From a virus (taxonomy: Duplodnaviria > Caudoviricetes), in IMG/VR virus record IMGVR_UViG_3300046786_000614, positions 1 through 56,577 of that record: 56,577 nt of DNA; one strand, given 5' to 3'. The notes beneath the pieces were generated by a model. The model was not told where the DNA came from and ran no database searches. It worked only from the letters and a program-made list of their open reading frames with translations. Both the position numbers and the translations under genes were made by a program. Below, in pieces: positions 53,413 to 56,577 of this stretch. Within the stretch, counting starts at the first letter, position 1; each line of letters starts with the position of its first letter.

Positions 53413-54773
53413 ACTACCAGCAATTTCTTGAAAGCAAGAGCCAGTCAGGGGCCGACAGCGGTTTCAAGCCTGTTTGGATACCTGACTTCCTGTTCGACTT
53501 CCAGAAAGACATGGTTGAATGGGCGGTGCGTAAAGGGCGTGCTGCGATCTTTGCCGATTGTGGCCTTGGAAAGACCCCGATGGGCTTAACGTGGGCATCC
53601 AACGTGGCGCGCAAGACCAATAAGCCAGTGCTTTACCTGACGCCACTTGCGGTGGCGGGGCAGACGGTACGTGAGGCCGATAAATTTGGTATTGAGGCGC
53701 GAATCTCGCGCGAAGGGTCTAGCGCTGGGCATATCGTGGTGGCGAACTACGAACGCCTGCACTACTTTGACCACAACCAGTTCTCCGGTGTGGTGTGCGA
53801 TGAATCCAGCATTCTTAAATCATACGGTGGTCAGCGCCGGGGTGAGATCACAGCCTTTATGCGCAAGGTGCCCTATCGGCTTTTGCAGACTGCGACCGCG
53901 GCGCCGAATGATTACGTCGAGCTTGGCACGTCTAGCGAAGCCTTGGGATATCTCGGGCACATGGACATGCTCAACAGGTTCTTCAAGAACGACCTGAACA
54001 ACAGCGCCCAGGGTCGCATGCGAGGCGAGGTAATCAAGTGGCGTTTGAAAGGCCATGCCGAAACTCCGTTCTGGCGGTGGGTGTGTTCGTGGGCTCGCGC
54101 CATTCGCAGGCCAAGTGATTTGGGGTATGACGACAAGGCTTTTATCCTACCCCCGCTTAATGAGATAGAGCACCTGGTTGAAGCTCAATCACTGGCCGAT
54201 GGCATGTTGTTCGCTCTACCTGCCGTGGGCCTGAAAGAGCAGCGTGAGGAAAGGCGGGGAACTGTGGCCGAACGCTGCGATCAGGTGGCAAGGTTGGTCA
54301 ACAACACCGGGCAGCCGGCGCTGGTGTGGTGCCACCTGAACGACGAGGGCGACATGTTGGAAGAGATGATCCCGGATGCGGTGCAGGTAAGTGGCAGCGA
54401 CTCTGATGATCGCAAGGAAGAACGCCTTGAGGCCTTTGCTACCGGCAAATCGCGTGTGCTGATTACAAAGCCGAAGATTGGCGCATGGGGGTTGAACTTC
54501 CAACACTGCAATCATGTGACGTTTTTCCCTTCACATTCATTTGAGCAGTACTACCAGGCAGTTCGCCGTTGCTGGAGGTTTGGGCAACAACGTGCAGTTC
54601 GGGTAGATATCGTGACCACAGAAGGTGAGCGTGGCGTGATGAAGAATCTGCAGCACAAGTCAGAGAAGGCTGATGAAATGTTTTCGCATTTGGTAGCAGA
54701 GATGAACCAGTCGCAAGCAATTGAACGTACTAACCTTATGACCAAAAACCTGGAGATACCGACATGGCTGTAA
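53409..54773 (+). CDS. SNF2-like superfamily 2 helicase, allele B
   Basis: ADCGLGKT (I), CDESS (II), TATAAPND (III), WGLNFQ, QAVRRCWRFGQ (VI). Confidence 0.88.
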   Translation: MNYQQFLESKSQSGADSGFKPVWIPDFLFDFQKDMVEWAVRKGRAAIFADCGLGKTPMGLTWASNVARKTNKPVLYLTPLAVAGQTVREADKFGIEARISREGSSAGHIVVANYERLHYFDHNQFSGVVCDESSILKSYGGQRRGEITAFMRKVPYRLLQTATAAPNDYVELGTSSEALGYLGHMDMLNRFFKNDLNNSAQGRMRGEVIKWRLKGHAETPFWRWVCSWARAIRRPSDLGYDDKAFILPPLNEIEHLVEAQSLADGMLFALPAVGLKEQREERRGTVAERCDQVARLVNNTGQPALVWCHLNDEGDMLEEMIPDAVQVSGSDSDDRKEERLEAFATGKSRVLITKPKIGAWGLNFQHCNHVTFFPSHSFEQYYQAVRRCWRFGQQRAVRVDIVTTEGERGVMKNLQHKSEKADEMFSHLVAEMNQSQAIERTNLMTKNLEIPTWL

Positions 54774-55756
54774 TCGAGCAATGCATTACTTCGAAGTTTG
54801 CCATCTACAACGCTGATTGCATGGAGGTGATGGCGAGCTTACCTACCGGCAGCATCCACCACTCGATTTACTCCCCTCCATTTGGGGGGTTGTACCACTA
54901 CAGTAGCAGCGAGCGCGACTTGTCGAACTGTGACGACTACGATTCGTTCTTTGATCACTATGCCTTCGTGGTGCGTGAACTGGCCAGGATTACCATGCCG
55001 GGCCGCATTACCGCAGTTCATTGCATGGACGTACCTCGCAGCAACAGTGGTACGGATACGTTGATCGACTTCCCTGGGGACATTGTGCGTTTGCATGAAA
55101 AAGAGGGGTGGCGCTATACCGGCCGTCGGATGATTTGGAAAGAACCGTTGGCCGTGCGATTGAGAACGATGCAAAAGAACCTGGCTCATGCATCACTGGT
55201 GGCTGATTCGATCGATTGTGGTGTGGCGTCGGGCGACTTCCTCCTGACCTTTCGTCGGGCAGGAACCAACCCTGTACCAGTGCGCCACCCACAGGGCATG
55301 ATGGACTATGCCGGTGAGCGCATGCCACCAAGCGATGTGCTTAGCTACCGCGGCTGGACTGGCAAGCAAACCGAGAACCGTTTCTCCCATTGGATCTGGC
55401 GGCAATATGCTGATTGCATGTGGGATGACATCCGCATGCAGCGCACCTTACCATACCGCGAAAGTCGTGACAGCGACGACGAAAAGCACGTTCACCCATT
55501 GCAATTGGATGTTATTGACCGCTGCGTGGAGTTGTTCTCCAACCCAGGTGAAACCGTGTTTACCCCGTTTATGGGGGTTGGTAGTGAAGTCTACAGTCCG
55601 GTGATCCTTGGCCGGCGCGGCATGGGTGTGGAGCTCAAGCCTAGCTACTACCGCCAGGCGCTCAAGAACGTGCAGATGGCTGCCGACGGTCGTAAAGACC
55701 TGGAAACCTCGGAGGCTTTTGACTTTGGCGATACGTCAGAGACGATGGATTCATGA
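54764..55756 (+). CDS. DNA N4-cytosine/N6-adenine methyltransferase, allele B
   Basis: YSPPF (IV), KHVHPLQLDVI, NPGETVFTPFMGVGSE (I), GVELK.SY. Confidence 0.9.
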   Translation: MAVIEQCITSKFAIYNADCMEVMASLPTGSIHHSIYSPPFGGLYHYSSSERDLSNCDDYDSFFDHYAFVVRELARITMPGRITAVHCMDVPRSNSGTDTLIDFPGDIVRLHEKEGWRYTGRRMIWKEPLAVRLRTMQKNLAHASLVADSIDCGVASGDFLLTFRRAGTNPVPVRHPQGMMDYAGERMPPSDVLSYRGWTGKQTENRFSHWIWRQYADCMWDDIRMQRTLPYRESRDSDDEKHVHPLQLDVIDRCVELFSNPGETVFTPFMGVGSEVYSPVILGRRGMGVELKPSYYRQALKNVQMAADGRKDLETSEAFDFGDTSETMDS

Positions 55757-56001
55757 TCCCCACCACAGTACCCAAGAGCATGGCCGATCTTCCTGGGCGC
55801 CGGAAAGTTGACCCGGAGTTTGCCCATGATGAGCGGCCGATCATCACCCACGATGATCGGGTAGTGCAAATGAGAGAGTATGCCAACACAGTGCCGAAAG
55901 AGCTAAAGCGCGCGCGCGACCGCAAAAGCTATCTCAAGAACCGACTGGAAATACTGGCCAGAAAGAAGGCTAGGTATGCAAAGAAAAAGGAGATGAAATG
56001 A
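55753..56001 (+). CDS. Small basic hypothetical protein, allele B
   Basis: Y.KNR.EILARKKARY tail resembling HNH-associated repeats; ATGA overlaps. Confidence 0.5.
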   Translation: MIPTTVPKSMADLPGRRKVDPEFAHDERPIITHDDRVVQMREYANTVPKELKRARDRKSYLKNRLEILARKKARYAKKKEMK

Positions 56002-56264
56002 AGGGCGTGAAGAACCGCAAGACCCCCTACGGCAAGCTGACCAAGGGGCAAAGGGCAGTGCTGCAGTACATAGCCGACTGCATCAAGGATGGTCTGGCGC
56101 CCAGCAGGGCTGAGATCACCGAGCACTTCGAGTGGTCTAGCCCGAACGCAGCCCAGACCTACCTCAAGCACCTCGAGCGCAATGGCTTCCTTGAACTGGC
56201 AGCTGGCAAGGTGGCACGGGGGATCAAGCTGACGCCGCTCGCTCATGTGACATTGGGCACTTGA
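55998..56264 (+). CDS. LexA N-terminal winged-HTH-like protein, allele B
   Basis: PSRAEITEHFEWSSPNAAQTYLKHLERNG...ARGIKL. Confidence 0.82.
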   Translation: MKGVKNRKTPYGKLTKGQRAVLQYIADCIKDGLAPSRAEITEHFEWSSPNAAQTYLKHLERNGFLELAAGKVARGIKLTPLAHVTLGT

Positions 56265-56289
56265 CAATGTGCGCTAGCCCACATACAGT
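56261..56289 (+). promoter_or_regulatory. sigma70-like promoter, second copy
   Basis: TTGACA-17 nt-TACAGT. Confidence 0.8.
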
Positions 56290-56295
56290 TCGCGG

Positions 56296-56400
56296 CAGCT
56301 GCCGAGAACAGCTACTGGTAAAGAGGCCTCGAGTCTCTGCGCTTTCCCGCAAGGGGCCTGTTCTCGGCAGGCGGCGCAGAGACTCGAGGCTTTTTCTTTT
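56296..56400 (+). ncRNA. C4/CI-like antisense RNA / attenuator cassette, allele B
   Basis: 5' hairpin with loop CCGAGAA; perfect 17-bp stem 56326-56342/56374-56390 plus U-tract, enclosing a GCAA tetraloop hairpin and a hairpin with loop TTCTCGG. Confidence 0.65.
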
Positions 56401-56436
56401 GCGCTGCCGTACCTCACGCGACAGCAGCGCGCCTAT

Positions 56437-56577
56437 CCCGGCGGCCGGAGAGAAAAGGGTAGCGGTAAGGGCCCGCAGTCAGGGCGCCCGGTGCAAATCC
56501 GAAAGACTCCGCGGGCTGGCCGAACGTCGAAGCCCAGGGGCTTGTGAGTTATCCACAAGCATCGACGAACCCGCAAG
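56437..56577. repeat. Near-identical copy of 2020-2160
   Basis: cccggcggccgg...aacccgcaag with about four substitutions; runs to the window end. Confidence 0.95.

Overview
The window is a roughly 53 kb podovirus-type (epsilon15/BPP-1/T7-like morphogenesis) phage genome from a GC-rich, probably proteobacterial host, plus about 3.5 kb of overshoot. Positions 1-362, ~1525-1830 and 2020-2160 recur, imperfectly, at 53052-53412, ~55995-56298 and 56437-56577. The two copies carry different cassettes between these anchors, so two alleles of one locus are present. Gene order: divergent early promoters, DNA methylase, LexA-like HTH, structured non-coding region, nucleases, a sugar-pathway region, terminase, portal, scaffold, capsid, tail, ejection proteins, tailspike, lysis genes and a leftward early arm. 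The main discovery candidate is a near-complete pseudaminic-acid-type (nonulosonic acid) pathway woven among ordinary phage genes: PseB-, PseC-, PseH-, PseI- and PseF-like enzymes, a Pse-associated methylase and a WbuX/PseA + HisF-like acetamidino module. A Maf/sialyltransferase-like gene sits in the head module next to Ser/Thr-rich virion proteins, which suggests a phage-encoded virion glycosylation system. A second theme is a C4/CI-like antisense RNA cassette whose two alleles have different but internally complementary kissing loops. It occurs with a perfect parS, a DnaA box and no recognisable integrase or replication initiator, pointing to possible host-dependent, plasmid-like maintenance. 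All protein calls come from motif recognition by eye; no database searches were run.
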